This document shows, piece after piece, positions 1-9,422 of a stretch of DNA of 64,000 bases (the stretch's first letter is position 1; the number at the start of each line of letters is the position of its first letter). The notes beneath the pieces were generated by a model, which was given only the letters and a program-made list of their open reading frames with translations, was not told the origin of the DNA and made no database searches. The stretch lies in the NCBI GenBank assembly GCA_947085095.1, contig CAMTVD010000013.1, positions 1-64,000 of the forward strand, in the 5' to 3' direction. This stretch comes from an uncultured Thermus sp. GTDB lineage: Bacteria > Deinococcota > Deinococci > Deinococcales > Thermaceae. Made by a program: the position numbers and the translations under genes.

Positions 1-139
1 GAGTCGGAGAGGCAGGAAGGGAGGTGGGCAGAACGGAAACTAAAGGGGTTCTCGGAGGTGAAGGAGGTGCTGGAGAAGATGCTTCAGGAGCGGTATGCCC
101 CCCGTACACAGACTCTTACACATAACTCTTGACACGACC
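1..139 (+). mobile_element. Right end of an IS256-family insertion sequence (transposase C-terminus plus terminal inverted repeat), truncated by the window edge
   Basis: Frame 1 reads ESERQEGRWAERKLKGFSEVKEVLEKMLQERYAPRTQTLTHNS* (stop 130-132) and runs into CTTACACATAACTCTTGACACGACC, resembling IS256-type ends where the transposase stop lies inside the terminal repeat. Left end not visible. Confidence 0.7.
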
Positions 140-206
140 CTTCGAGGCGGGCGATCATGGCCTCGAGGTGGGCAATTTCCCTTTCCGCCGCTTCGGACAG
201 CCCCAT
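140..206 (-). pseudogene. 5' fragment of a gene interrupted by the IS (MGLSEAAEREIAHLEAMIARLE...)
   Basis: ATG at 206 preceded by AAAGGAGG RBS and a near-consensus promoter; the frame runs into the IS end at 139. Product unknown. Confidence 0.6.
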
Positions 207-248
207 GTTTCCGGCCTCCTTTACCCGCCCCTTGGCGGGTTGCCCGGT

Positions 249-278
249 ATGATATACCAATGAGTCTATGAATGTCAA
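249..278 (-). promoter_or_regulatory. SigA-type promoter of the interrupted gene
   Basis: Minus strand TTGACA-18 nt-TATCAT in an AT-rich patch. Confidence 0.65.
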
Positions 279-332
279 GGGTATAACCCAGCCCGGCTTT
301 GTGGCCCCGCCCCCTTGTCCTTTCGCTACTTC

Positions 333-341
333 TGGTATACT
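333..341 (+). promoter_or_regulatory. Extended -10 promoter element for the thi operon
   Basis: TGgTATACT about 10 nt upstream of the riboswitch. Confidence 0.6.
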
Positions 342-351
342 GGCCCCTGCA

Positions 352-444
352 GGCTAGGGGTGCCCCAATGGAGGGGCTGAGAGCTGGGTGGTCCCAGCAA
401 CCCTTGGAACCTGATCCGGGTAATGCCGGCGGAGGGAAGCCTAT
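352..444 (+). ncRNA. TPP (thiamine pyrophosphate) riboswitch aptamer
   Basis: Hallmarks GGGGTGCC...GCTGAGA...ACCC..GAACCTGATCCGGGTAATGCCGGCG.AGGGAA directly upstream of thiamine genes. Confidence 0.95.
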
Positions 445-520
445 GCGGAGACACCCCTCACACAACCCAACCTCCCCAGGGCCGCGTGGGCCTTTCCCGT
501 CGGCCTGAGGGGGTGGAAGC

Positions 521-1141
521 TTGCTGGGAAGGCTCTATCTGGTGGTGACTCCCAGGCCCGGTTGGTCCTGGGAGGAAACCTTGGACCGCACCGAACGGGC
601 CCTGGCGGGGGGCGTGGAGGTCTTGCAGCTTCGGGCCAAGGACTGGGAGGCGCGCCCCACCCTGGCCCTGGGAGAGCGGATGCTGGCCCTCGCCCGGCGC
701 TATGGGGTCCCCTTCATCCTGAACGACCGCCCTGACCTCGCCGCCCTCCTGGGGGCGGACGGGGTCCACCTGGGCCAGGGGGACCTAACCCCGGAGGAGG
801 CCCGGCGCTTCTTCCAGGGGATGGTGGGCCGCTCCACCCACGCCCCGGAGCAGGCCCTGAGGGCCCTGGAGGAGGGGGCGGACTACCTCTCCGTGGGGCC
901 GGTGTGGGAGACCCCCACCAAGCCGGGGCGGCCCGCAGCGGGGCTCGCTTACGTGCGCTGGGCGGCGGAAAACCTGGGAGAGAGGCCCTGGTTCGCCATC
1001 GGAGGGATTGACCTGGCCAACCTGGACCAGGTCCTAAAGGCCGGGGCCAGGCGGATCGTGGTGGTGCGGGCCATCCTGGACGCCCCAGACCCCGAGGGGG
1101 CGGCTAGGGCTTTTAGGGAGCGGCTCTATGGTGTGGCTTAA
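521..1141 (+). CDS. thiE: Thiamine-phosphate synthase
   Basis: LYLVVT, VLQLRAK, FILNDRPDLA, GVHLGQGD, GPVWETPTK, AIGGI motifs; TTG start. Confidence 0.95.
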   Translation: MLGRLYLVVTPRPGWSWEETLDRTERALAGGVEVLQLRAKDWEARPTLALGERMLALARRYGVPFILNDRPDLAALLGADGVHLGQGDLTPEEARRFFQGMVGRSTHAPEQALRALEEGADYLSVGPVWETPTKPGRPAAGLAYVRWAAENLGERPWFAIGGIDLANLDQVLKAGARRIVVVRAILDAPDPEGAARAFRERLYGVA

Positions 1142-1322
1142 CGGCGAGGCGAGGCCCCTCGAGGGCCGGACCCTGAAGGAGGTCCTGGAGGAGCTGGGGG
1201 TAGAGCTGGAGCGGGTGGCCGTCCTCGTGAACGAGGAGGCCTTCCCCGGGCGGGAGCTCCCTCCCCACGTCCTAAAGGAGGGGGACGTGGTGGAGGTGGT
1301 TTCCCTCATGCAAGGAGGGTAG
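1128..1322 (+). CDS. thiS: Sulfur carrier protein ThiS
   Basis: 64 aa, C-terminal GG, LNGE start, operon context. Confidence 0.95.
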   Translation: MVWLNGEARPLEGRTLKEVLEELGVELERVAVLVNEEAFPGRELPPHVLKEGDVVEVVSLMQGG

Positions 1323-2105
1323 ATGGACACCTGGAAGGTGGGCGACGTGGAACTCAGAAGCCGCCTCATCCTGGGCTCGGGCAAGTTCCGGGACTTCGGG
1401 GTGATGCGGGAGGCCATCCAGGCGGCGGGGGCCGAGGTGGTCACGGTTTCCGTGAGGCGGGTGGAGCTCAAGGCCCCGGGGCATGTGGGGCTTTTGGAGG
1501 CCCTCGAGGGGGTGCGCCTCCTCCCCAACACCGCGGGGGCCCGTACGGCCGAGGAGGCTCTCCGCCTCGCCCGGCTGGGCCGGGCCCTCACCGGGGAGCG
1601 GTGGGTGAAGCTGGAGGTCATCCCGGACCAGAGCTACCTCCTCCCCGACCCCGTGGAGACCCTAAAGGCGGCGGAGCGGCTTTTGGAGGAGGGCTTCCTG
1701 GTCCTCCCCTACATGGGGCCAGACCTGGTCCTGGCTAGGAAGCTCGCCGCCTTAGGCACGGCCACGGTGATGCCCCTGGCCGCCCCCATCGGCTCGGGCT
1801 GGGGGGTGAAGACCCGGGCCCTTCTGGAACTCTTCGCCCGGGAAAGGGCGGGCCTGCCCCCGGTGGTGGTGGACGCTGGCTTAGGCCTCCCCTCCCACGC
1901 CGCCGAGGTGATGGAGCTGGGCCTGGACGCGGTTTTGGTCAACACCGCCATCGCTGAGGCGGAAGACCCCCCGGCCATGGCCGAGGCCTTCCGCCTGGCG
2001 GTGGCGGCGGGGAGGAAGGCCTACCTGGCCGGGCCCATGCGGCCCAGGGAGGGGGCGAGCCCCTCGAGCCCCACCCAGGGGGTGCCCCTGGGAGGTTCCG
2101 GGTGA
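1323..2105 (+). CDS. thiG: Thiazole synthase
   Basis: [36 protein letters not shown] motifs. Confidence 0.95.
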   Translation: MDTWKVGDVELRSRLILGSGKFRDFGVMREAIQAAGAEVVTVSVRRVELKAPGHVGLLEALEGVRLLPNTAGARTAEEALRLARLGRALTGERWVKLEVIPDQSYLLPDPVETLKAAERLLEEGFLVLPYMGPDLVLARKLAALGTATVMPLAAPIGSGWGVKTRALLELFARERAGLPPVVVDAGLGLPSHAAEVMELGLDAVLVNTAIAEAEDPPAMAEAFRLAVAAGRKAYLAGPMRPREGASPSSPTQGVPLGGSG

Positions 2106-3031
2106 AGGCCGAGGTGGCGGTGGTGGGGGCGGGGATCATCGGGGCCCTCGCCGCCTACGAGCTGGCCAAGCGGGGCCTTTCCGTCCTCCTCCTGGACGCG
2201 GGGAAGGAGGGGGCGGCCACCCTAGCCAGCGCCGGGATGCTGGCCCCCTACCCCGAGGGGCTTTCCGGGGAGCTTCTGGAGGCGGGGCTTTTCGGCCTGG
2301 CCTACTACCAGGAGCTCCTGGCCGAGCTCAAGGAGCGGGGCTTCCCGGTGGAGGCGGGCTTTTCCGGCACCCACGTGGTGGCCCTGAGCGAAGGGGAGAA
2401 GGCGGCCTGGGATGCCCGGGAACCCCTCCCTTACCCGGTGCGGGGCGGCCAGGGGGCGAGGCGTTTCCCCGGGGGGTACGTGAACCCCAGGGCCCTCCGG
2501 GAGGCCCTGCTCGCCGCCCTTCAGGGGATGGGCGTGCCCCTGCTCCAGGCGGAGGCCGAGGGGGTGGAGGAGGGGCGGGTGCGCCTGAAGGAGGGGGAGG
2601 CCCGGGCCCGCTTCCTTCTCCTCGCGGTGGGGGCCTGGGGCGGCCGCTTTGGCCTAGGGGTGCGCCCCCTTAGGGGAGAGGCCCTCCTCCTAGGGGGTGA
2701 GGCCCCGCCCGGCCCCCTCTTCGCCGGGGACGGCTACCTCCTCCCCCGGGAGGGCGGGGTCTACGTGGGGGCCACGAGCCGGGAGGGCTGGGCCGAGGGG
2801 GTGGACCTCTTCGGCCTCCGCTGGCTTGCCGACTACGCCCACGAGCGCTTTCCCCTCCTGGAGGAGGCCCGCTTCCGGGGGGTCCTCTGGGGCTATAGGC
2901 CCCTGGGGGAGCTCTTCGTGGGGGAGGTGGCGAGGGGGGTCTACGCGGCGGTGGGGCACGGGCGGAACGGGGTCCTCCTGGCCCCGTGGACGGCGAAAAG
3001 GCTTCTTGGGCTCATGGGGGTGGAAGGATGA
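2102..3031 (+). CDS. thiO: Glycine oxidase (FAD-dependent)
   Basis: GAGIIG Rossmann motif, [17 protein letters not shown]; thi operon context. Confidence 0.88.
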   Translation: MKAEVAVVGAGIIGALAAYELAKRGLSVLLLDAGKEGAATLASAGMLAPYPEGLSGELLEAGLFGLAYYQELLAELKERGFPVEAGFSGTHVVALSEGEKAAWDAREPLPYPVRGGQGARRFPGGYVNPRALREALLAALQGMGVPLLQAEAEGVEEGRVRLKEGEARARFLLLAVGAWGGRFGLGVRPLRGEALLLGGEAPPGPLFAGDGYLLPREGGVYVGATSREGWAEGVDLFGLRWLADYAHERFPLLEEARFRGVLWGYRPLGELFVGEVARGVYAAVGHGRNGVLLAPWTAKRLLGLMGVEG

Positions 3032-4335
3032 CGCAGCTGGAGGCGGCAAGGAAGGGGATCATCACCGAGGAAATGGCCTACGTGGCGGAAAGGGAAGGGG
3101 TTTCCCCAGAGTTTGTGCGGGAGGGGGTGGCGGCGGGGCGGATCGTGATCCCCCGGAACCCCAACCACGGGACCCTGAAGGACTTCAAGGGGATCGGGGA
3201 GGGCCTCTCCGTGAAGGTGAACGCCAACCTGGGGACCTCATACGATTACGTGGAGGTGGAGGAGGAGGTGGAGAAGGCCAGGGTGGCCATCCGCTACGGG
3301 GCGGACACCATCATGGACCTCTCCACCGGGGGGGACCTCAAGGAGATCCGTAGGCGGATCCTCGAGGTGGCCACTGTGCCCTTGGGCACCGTGCCCATCT
3401 ACGAGGCGGAGTTCCGGGCGGCCAAGCGCAAGAGCTTCTTTGACATGTCAGCAGACGAGCTCTTCGGGGTCATAGAGGAGCACGGGAAGGAGGGGGTGGA
3501 CTACATCACCGTCCACGCCGGGGTGACCCTCAAGAACCTGGAGGTCTACCGGAACACCTCCCGCACCACGGGGATCGTGAGCCGGGGCGGGGGGCTCATG
3601 GCCGCCTGGATGCTCCACCGGGGGGAGGAGAACCCCCTTTACGCCCGCTTTGACGATCTCCTGGAGATCGCCCGCACCTACGACATGACCCTTTCCTTAG
3701 GGGACGGCCTAAGGCCCGGCTCCCTGGCGGACAGCACCGACCGGGCCCAGATCGCCGAGCTCCTCACCATCGGGGAGCTGGTGGAAAGGGCGAGGAGGGC
3801 GGGAGTGCAGGCCATGGTGGAGGGCCCCGGGCACGTCCCCCTAAACGAGGTGGCCGCCAACGTGCAGATCCAGAAGAAGCTCACGGGCCACGCCCCCTTC
3901 TACATCCTGGGGATGCTCCCGGTGGACACGGCCGCGGGCTTTGACCACATCGCCGGGGCCATTGGGGGGGCTTTGGCGGGGTGGTGGGGGGCGGACATGC
4001 TCTGCTACCTGACCCCGGCGGAGCACCTGGGCCTCCCCACCCCCGAGCACGTGAAGGAGGGGGTCATCGCCTTCAAGATCGCCGCCCACGCCGCCGACGT
4101 GGCCCGGGGAAACGCCAGGGCCCTGGAAAGGAACCAGAGGATGTCCGAGGCCCGCTACCGCCTGGACTGGGAGGGGCAGTTCGCCCTAGCCCTCTTTCCC
4201 GAGGAGGCGAGGCGGCTCAAGGAGGAGCGGGGCTCCAGGACCAAGGCCTGCAGCATGTGCGGCCCCTTCTGCCCCATGAACCTGGTGGAGGCGGTTCTGA
4301 AGGGGAGAGCTCGGATGGAGCTTCCCCTAGCCTAG
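3028..4335 (+). CDS. thiC: Phosphomethylpyrimidine synthase
   Basis: [10 protein letters not shown] start overlapping thiO stop, KVNANLGTS, SRGG, EGPGH, C-terminal CSMCGPFC. Confidence 0.96.
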   Translation: MTQLEAARKGIITEEMAYVAEREGVSPEFVREGVAAGRIVIPRNPNHGTLKDFKGIGEGLSVKVNANLGTSYDYVEVEEEVEKARVAIRYGADTIMDLSTGGDLKEIRRRILEVATVPLGTVPIYEAEFRAAKRKSFFDMSADELFGVIEEHGKEGVDYITVHAGVTLKNLEVYRNTSRTTGIVSRGGGLMAAWMLHRGEENPLYARFDDLLEIARTYDMTLSLGDGLRPGSLADSTDRAQIAELLTIGELVERARRAGVQAMVEGPGHVPLNEVAANVQIQKKLTGHAPFYILGMLPVDTAAGFDHIAGAIGGALAGWWGADMLCYLTPAEHLGLPTPEHVKEGVIAFKIAAHAADVARGNARALERNQRMSEARYRLDWEGQFALALFPEEARRLKEERGSRTKACSMCGPFCPMNLVEAVLKGRARMELPLA

Positions 4336-4337
4336 CC

Positions 4338-5114
4338 ATGCGGACCGCCCTCACCATCGCCGGCTCCGACCCCTCCGGGGGGGCGGGGCTCCAAGCGGAC
4401 CTGAAGGCCTTCCAGCGCTTCGGGGTCTACGGGATGGCGGCCCCCACCCTCCTCACGGTGCAGAACACCCTGGGGGTGAGGCGGGTAGAGCTCCTGCCTC
4501 CGCAGTTCGTCTACGAGGAGATCGCCGCCATCGCCCAGGACCTCCCCGTCCACGCGGCCAAGACCGGGGCCCTGGGGAGCGCTGCCATCATCGCCAAGGT
4601 GGCGGAGGCGGTGGAGCGCTTCGGCATCCAGCCTTTGGTGGTGGACCCGGTCATGGTGGCCAAAAGCGGGGACCCCCTCCTGGACCCCTCCGCCGTTTCC
4701 ACCCTGGTGGAGGGGCTTTTTCCCCTCGCCACCCTCATCACCCCCAACCGCATGGAGGCGGAGGCCCTTCTAGGGAGGCCCATCCGGGACCTGGAGGAGG
4801 CCGAGGAGGCTGCCTTGTCCCTTCTGGACCTGGGCCCCAAGGCCGTCCTCCTCAAGGGGGGGCACCTCGAGGGGGCGGAGAGCGTGGATCTCCTGGCCAC
4901 AAGGCAGGGCTTGAAGCCTTTCCCCGCTCCCCGCATTCCCACCCGGAACACCCACGGCACCGGGTGCACCCTCTCCGCCGCCATCGCCGCCCTCTTGGCC
5001 CTGGGAAAGCCCTTGGAGGAGGCGGTGGCCGAGGCCAAGGCCTACCTCACCCGGGCCCTCATGACCGCTCCTCCTTTGGGCCACGGCCACGGGCCCCTGA
5101 ACCACCTGGCTTGA
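4338..5114 (+). CDS. thiD: Hydroxymethylpyrimidine/phosphomethylpyrimidine kinase
   Basis: LTIAGSDPSGGAGLQADLK, DPVMVAKSG, TPNRMEA, THGTGCTLS. Confidence 0.95.
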   Translation: MRTALTIAGSDPSGGAGLQADLKAFQRFGVYGMAAPTLLTVQNTLGVRRVELLPPQFVYEEIAAIAQDLPVHAAKTGALGSAAIIAKVAEAVERFGIQPLVVDPVMVAKSGDPLLDPSAVSTLVEGLFPLATLITPNRMEAEALLGRPIRDLEEAEEAALSLLDLGPKAVLLKGGHLEGAESVDLLATRQGLKPFPAPRIPTRNTHGTGCTLSAAIAALLALGKPLEEAVAEAKAYLTRALMTAPPLGHGHGPLNHLA

Positions 5115-6899
5115 TCACCAGGCCCGAACCCCCTGGACCAGGGCGTAGAGGTAGACCACGGCCCCGGCATCCCAGGCTTGGGGGCGGCAGGCCACGGGGT
5201 AGGGCACAGGGGGTAGGCCCGCCTCCCTGGGGAAGCCCCCCACCAACTCGGGTAGCCGCAGGTCGGGCTGGCTTCGGGCCAGGTCCAGGAGGGCCTGGGC
5301 CACCCACGCCCCCTCCTCCTTGCGGCCGTAGCGGAAGAGGCCACCAGCGAAGAGGGCGGTGTCGTGGGGCCAGACGGAGCCGTTGTGGTAGGAAAGGGGG
5401 TTGTAGCGGGCCTCCTTGCTCCCCAAAGTCCGCAGGCCCCAGCCTGACCACATCTCCTTGGAAAGCAGCGTTTGCAAGAGTTCTTCCGCCTTTTCCTCGG
5501 GGACGGCCCCAGTCCAGAGGAGGTGGCCGGCGTCAGAGGCCTTAACCCTCAAGGGCTCCTTCCAACGGTCCAGGGCCAGGGCGTAGGTCTTCATCTCCTC
5601 CAGCCAGAAGCGCTCCTGGATGAGCCGGAAAAGCTCCGCAGCGCGCTCCCTTTCCCTCTCTGCCCTTTCCCCTTCCCCCAGGGCCTGATAGAACCCGCTT
5701 GCTGCCAGGCGGGCCGCATAGGCGTAGCCCTGGACCTCGCTCACCGCCAAAGGGGGTTCGGCCAGACGGCCGTCTTGGTGGCTCATGGAGTCGTGGGAGT
5801 CCTTCCAGGACTGGACGGCGAGCCCGTGGCCTTTGGGGACGAACTCCAAAAGCCCGTCCCCGTCCAGATCAGCCCCCTCCAGCCAGGCCAAGGCCGCCTC
5901 CCAGTGGGGCCTGAGTTCCCGCACCAAGGCCAGGTCCCCCGTGAGGTCCAGGTAGCGGCCGAGAAGGACGAGGAAAAGGGGGGTAGCGTCCACGGTGCCG
6001 TAGTAGCGGGCGAAGGGAACCTTTCCCAGGCGGGAGAGTTCCCCCAGGCGCACCTCGTGGAGGATCTTCCCCGGTTCCTCCTCCCGGAAGGGGTCCAGGA
6101 CCGCCCCCTGCCGCCTGGCCAGGTAGCGGAGGACTCCCCGGGCCACCTCCTTGCCCCAGGGCAGGAGCATGAAGGCGGTGAGGAGGCTGTCCCGGCCGAA
6201 GGGGGCCACGAACCAGGGGATGCCGGCAGCGGGCACCGGGCCCTCGGGGGTGGCGAGGAGGAGGGCCCTAAGGTCCAAAAGGGCCTGCCTCATGGCCGAA
6301 CCCCAGGGCTCCTCGGCCTCGGGGAAGGCGGCGAGGAAGGCCTCGTAGGGGGGCAGGGCGCCCTCTTCCCCTAAGGAGCTTTCCAGATCCAGCGTCCAAC
6401 CCAGGGTTTCTTCCCCTTTGGGCGGAAGGAAAACCCGGTAACCCCCTGGGGGTGGGGAGGGAGTGAGGGTGATGCGCTTCTCCACCCCGTCTGGAGCCCG
6501 GTAGACTAGGCCCCTCCTCTCCCCGGGTACGGGGTGCCAGCCCCGAGCCTGGAATAAATCTTGAAAACTGGGCTCTACCTCCAGCCCTAAGGCCACCTCC
6601 TGGGGAGCGTTCCCTAGGTTTTGGAAGCGGAGGACCTCCTCCACCCGGCCCCGGGCCACCTTGAGGGTGCGCCTCAGGTAGAGCTCCCCATCTGCCCCCC
6701 CAAACTTGGCCCAATCCTGGACCAGGCGGTCGGGCCTGGGGGAGCGGCTTTGCAGGAGGTCAAGCCCCGGGGGGAGGACCAGACGGTAGCGGGCGAGGAA
6801 GCGGGTGTCGTGGCGGTAAATCCCCTCCGCCCCTGCCTCGGCGAAGCCTTGGTGGTTGAGGACCAGGTAGGTGTCATCCTCCTTGAGAGGAAGCATCAT
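5115..6899 (-). CDS. Amylo-alpha-1,6-glucosidase / glycogen-debranching-like glycoside hydrolase
   Basis: GIYRHDTRFL N-terminal domain, AGIPWFVAPFGRDSL, EEPGKILHEVR, YYGTVDATPLF, WKDS, YHNGSVWPHD, CRPQAW. Confidence 0.85.
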   Translation of the reverse strand: MMLPLKEDDTYLVLNHQGFAEAGAEGIYRHDTRFLARYRLVLPPGLDLLQSRSPRPDRLVQDWAKFGGADGELYLRRTLKVARGRVEEVLRFQNLGNAPQEVALGLEVEPSFQDLFQARGWHPVPGERRGLVYRAPDGVEKRITLTPSPPPGGYRVFLPPKGEETLGWTLDLESSLGEEGALPPYEAFLAAFPEAEEPWGSAMRQALLDLRALLLATPEGPVPAAGIPWFVAPFGRDSLLTAFMLLPWGKEVARGVLRYLARRQGAVLDPFREEEPGKILHEVRLGELSRLGKVPFARYYGTVDATPLFLVLLGRYLDLTGDLALVRELRPHWEAALAWLEGADLDGDGLLEFVPKGHGLAVQSWKDSHDSMSHQDGRLAEPPLAVSEVQGYAYAARLAASGFYQALGEGERAERERERAAELFRLIQERFWLEEMKTYALALDRWKEPLRVKASDAGHLLWTGAVPEEKAEELLQTLLSKEMWSGWGLRTLGSKEARYNPLSYHNGSVWPHDTALFAGGLFRYGRKEEGAWVAQALLDLARSQPDLRLPELVGGFPREAGLPPVPYPVACRPQAWDAGAVVYLYALVQGVRAW

Positions 6900-6902
6900 G
6901 GC

Positions 6903-8276
6903 TCACTCCTTGACCGCACCCACGTTCACTCCCTCCACGAAGTAGCGTTGGAATACGGCGAAGAGGATGAGGATGGGGATCATGGACAAAAACCCTCCCG
7001 CCAGGATGAGCCCCCAGTCTCCCACCTGGCCGTAAGCGTTGCGGAAGGAGAGGAGGCCTAGGGGCAGGGTGTAGATCTCCCGGGGGCTGGTGAGGACGAT
7101 GAAGGGCCAGAAGAACTCGTTCCAAGCGCCTTGGAAAGTGAGGATGGCCGAGGCCCCCAGGGCGGGGGTAGCCATGGGCAAGACGATGCGGAAGAGGGTC
7201 TGCACGGGGGTGGCCCCGTCAATGAGGGCGGCCTCCTCCACCTCTCTGGGAATGGATTCAAAAAATTGCTTCATGATGAACACGGCCCCGGCCCCCACCA
7301 AACCGGAGAGGATGAGGCCGGCGTAGGTGTTGAGCAGGGTCTCCACGCCGAAGAGTCGGGAGAGGCCGAAGATGCCGTCTCGGAGGACCAGGTAGTTGGA
7401 GATGAAGGTCACTTGAGCGGGTACCATCATGCTGAAGAGGAGGAGGAGGAAAAGGGCCTGTCTGCCCGGGAAGCGGAGCCGGGCCAGGGCGTACCCGGCC
7501 ATGGAGGCGAAGACCAGGGTGGTGATCACCTTGATGGCGGCGATGAGGAAGGAGTTCAAGGTCCAGCGCAAGAAGAGGCTCTGCCCCGTTTCCAGGCTGC
7601 GGGTTTCCCGGAAGGCGCGGACGTAGTTGTGAAAGGTGTAGCCTAGGAACCCGGGGACCACGTTGTCCCAGGAGGCGACCCGGCCCCGGCGCTCAAAGCG
7701 GGTGGGGTCCAGGGTGGCCGCTACCAGGAGGGCCCCCCGGGGAGCCTCGAGGTCCAGGGGAACCCGCTCCAAGTAGGGCCCCTCCCTCTGGTAGGCGATG
7801 CGGAGGCGGTAGCGGTAGAGGTACCCTTCGGCCTCCCCCATTCGGAAGGGCCTCTTCTCCAGAAGCTTGGGTCCCTCGAGGCGCACGTAGTCGGCGGCGT
7901 AGGGGTTTTCAAACACCGCCCCCATCCCCGCCCCGGGCCTGCGCCGGGGGATTTCCGCCTGAAGCTCCGGAGGGGTGGTCTCCGGCCAGAAATAGGCGAC
8001 CTCCAAGACCACCTCCCTTCCCGGGCGCATCCCGCCAAGCCAAGGGTCACCTCCTCCCTCGTTGCCCAGACGCCAGGCTGCTACCCAGTTCTTAGGGCTG
8101 ACCTGGGGTAAGCCCAGGGTGAAGGGCCATTCCAAGGGGTTGGTCTTCAAACTCGCCAGAAAGCCCATGAGGAAGGGCCCCAAGAAGAAAACCCCAAAGC
8201 CCAGGAGCAGGCCATAGATCCAGGCGACCCGGGCCCAGCGTCGCCTGCTTGCTTCCTTGGCGCTCACTCTCCCCAC
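6903..8276 (-). CDS. Carbohydrate ABC transporter permease (MalG-like) with large extracytoplasmic insertion
   Basis: EAA motif (EEAALIDGA), AGYALARLRFPGR, WNEFFWP, QRYFVEG. Confidence 0.9.
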   Translation of the reverse strand: MGRVSAKEASRRRWARVAWIYGLLLGFGVFFLGPFLMGFLASLKTNPLEWPFTLGLPQVSPKNWVAAWRLGNEGGGDPWLGGMRPGREVVLEVAYFWPETTPPELQAEIPRRRPGAGMGAVFENPYAADYVRLEGPKLLEKRPFRMGEAEGYLYRYRLRIAYQREGPYLERVPLDLEAPRGALLVAATLDPTRFERRGRVASWDNVVPGFLGYTFHNYVRAFRETRSLETGQSLFLRWTLNSFLIAAIKVITTLVFASMAGYALARLRFPGRQALFLLLLFSMMVPAQVTFISNYLVLRDGIFGLSRLFGVETLLNTYAGLILSGLVGAGAVFIMKQFFESIPREVEEAALIDGATPVQTLFRIVLPMATPALGASAILTFQGAWNEFFWPFIVLTSPREIYTLPLGLLSFRNAYGQVGDWGLILAGGFLSMIPILILFAVFQRYFVEGVNVGAVKE

Positions 8277-9370
8277 CCCCTTTCGCTCACGCCGAAGCGG
8301 CGCTGGAGGAGGACCACAAGGAGGGTAAGCCCTGCCAGGAAGAGGGCCGCCGCCGAGGCTAGGCCCACCCGGGGCGTGGCTCCGGAGGGGAAGACGTTGC
8401 CGTAAACGTAGTAGGCCAGAGTGATGGTGGCCTCGAGCGGGGCGCCGCCTGAGCCACCCACAAAGAGCACCTGGTCAAAGAGCTGCAGGGTGCCGATAAT
8501 GCCCAGGGTGATGACCAGGAAGAGGACCGGCCGCAGGAGGGGCACGGTGATGCGGCTGAACATGACCCAGGGGCTCGCCCCGTCCAGGGCCGCCGCCTCG
8601 TAGAGGGTCTTGGGAATGCCCTTGAGCCCCGCCAGGAAGAGGACCATGAAGGTGGGGATGGTGGTGAAGGTGTTCATGAGGATAATGGCCCAGAGGGGGT
8701 AGGGGATACCGAGGAAGGCGGCGGTGGTGGGGAGCCAAGAGATTTCCACCCGCACCTCCCGAGGCTGAACCAAGCCCGCAAGGCTTAAGGCGTAGGCCCC
8801 AAGAAAGGCCAAGGGCAGGCTCACCAGGGCCAAAGCGGGGTCAAGGAACCGGGCGGGGATGCCCCTTCGCCTTTCCCAAAGCACCTGAGCTCCTTGGACT
8901 GAGGCGAAGATCAGGGCCACGGTCAGGAGATGGGGGAGATAGGCGAGGAAGAGGGAAAGTCCCTGGTTTACTAAGCCCGTGCGCTGGAAGAGCCAGAGGA
9001 GGAGGAGGCTCGCCGCTGCGGTGGAGATGACCGAGGGCAGGTAGTAGACGGTGCGGAAGGCGGTGATCCCCCTTAGGGGCTGGTTCAGGGCCAAGGCCAG
9101 AAGCAGGGCAAGAAAGGTCTGCAAGGAGGTCACCACCAGGCTGTAGGCCAGGGTGTGCCACAGGGCCTTGAGGAAAAAAGGGTCTTGGAAGAGGCGGAGG
9201 TAGTTGGCCAGGCCCACGAACCGGGGCGGGGAGAAGAGGTCGTAGTCGGTGAAGCCAAAGTAGAAGGCGCGCACAAAGGCGTAGAGAAAAAACACCCCCA
9301 GGGTGAAGAGGAAGGGGAGAAGGAGGAAGAGGGCGTAGAGGCCCTCGAGAGTCCGGGCTTTGAGGCGCAT
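8264..9370 (-). CDS. Carbohydrate ABC transporter permease (MalF-like)
   Basis: FVGLANY, FRTVYYLP, LYEAAALDGA; start at MRLK after GGGAGG. Confidence 0.9.
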   Translation of the reverse strand: MRLKARTLEGLYALFLLLPFLFTLGVFFLYAFVRAFYFGFTDYDLFSPPRFVGLANYLRLFQDPFFLKALWHTLAYSLVVTSLQTFLALLLALALNQPLRGITAFRTVYYLPSVISTAAASLLLLWLFQRTGLVNQGLSLFLAYLPHLLTVALIFASVQGAQVLWERRRGIPARFLDPALALVSLPLAFLGAYALSLAGLVQPREVRVEISWLPTTAAFLGIPYPLWAIILMNTFTTIPTFMVLFLAGLKGIPKTLYEAAALDGASPWVMFSRITVPLLRPVLFLVITLGIIGTLQLFDQVLFVGGSGGAPLEATITLAYYVYGNVFPSGATPRVGLASAAALFLAGLTLLVVLLQRRFGVSERGWGE

Positions 9371-9383
9371 AGGCCCTCCCAAA

Positions 9384-9418
9384 GGGAAAAGGGGCGGTGG
9401 GAACCGCCCCCTTTTCCC
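9384..9418 (-). terminator. Intercistronic stem-loop after the binding-protein gene (attenuator/mRNA stabiliser)
   Basis: GGGAAAAGGGGCGGT-GGGA-ACCGCCCC(C)TTTTCCC inverted repeat. Confidence 0.65.
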
Positions 9419-9422
9419 AGGT

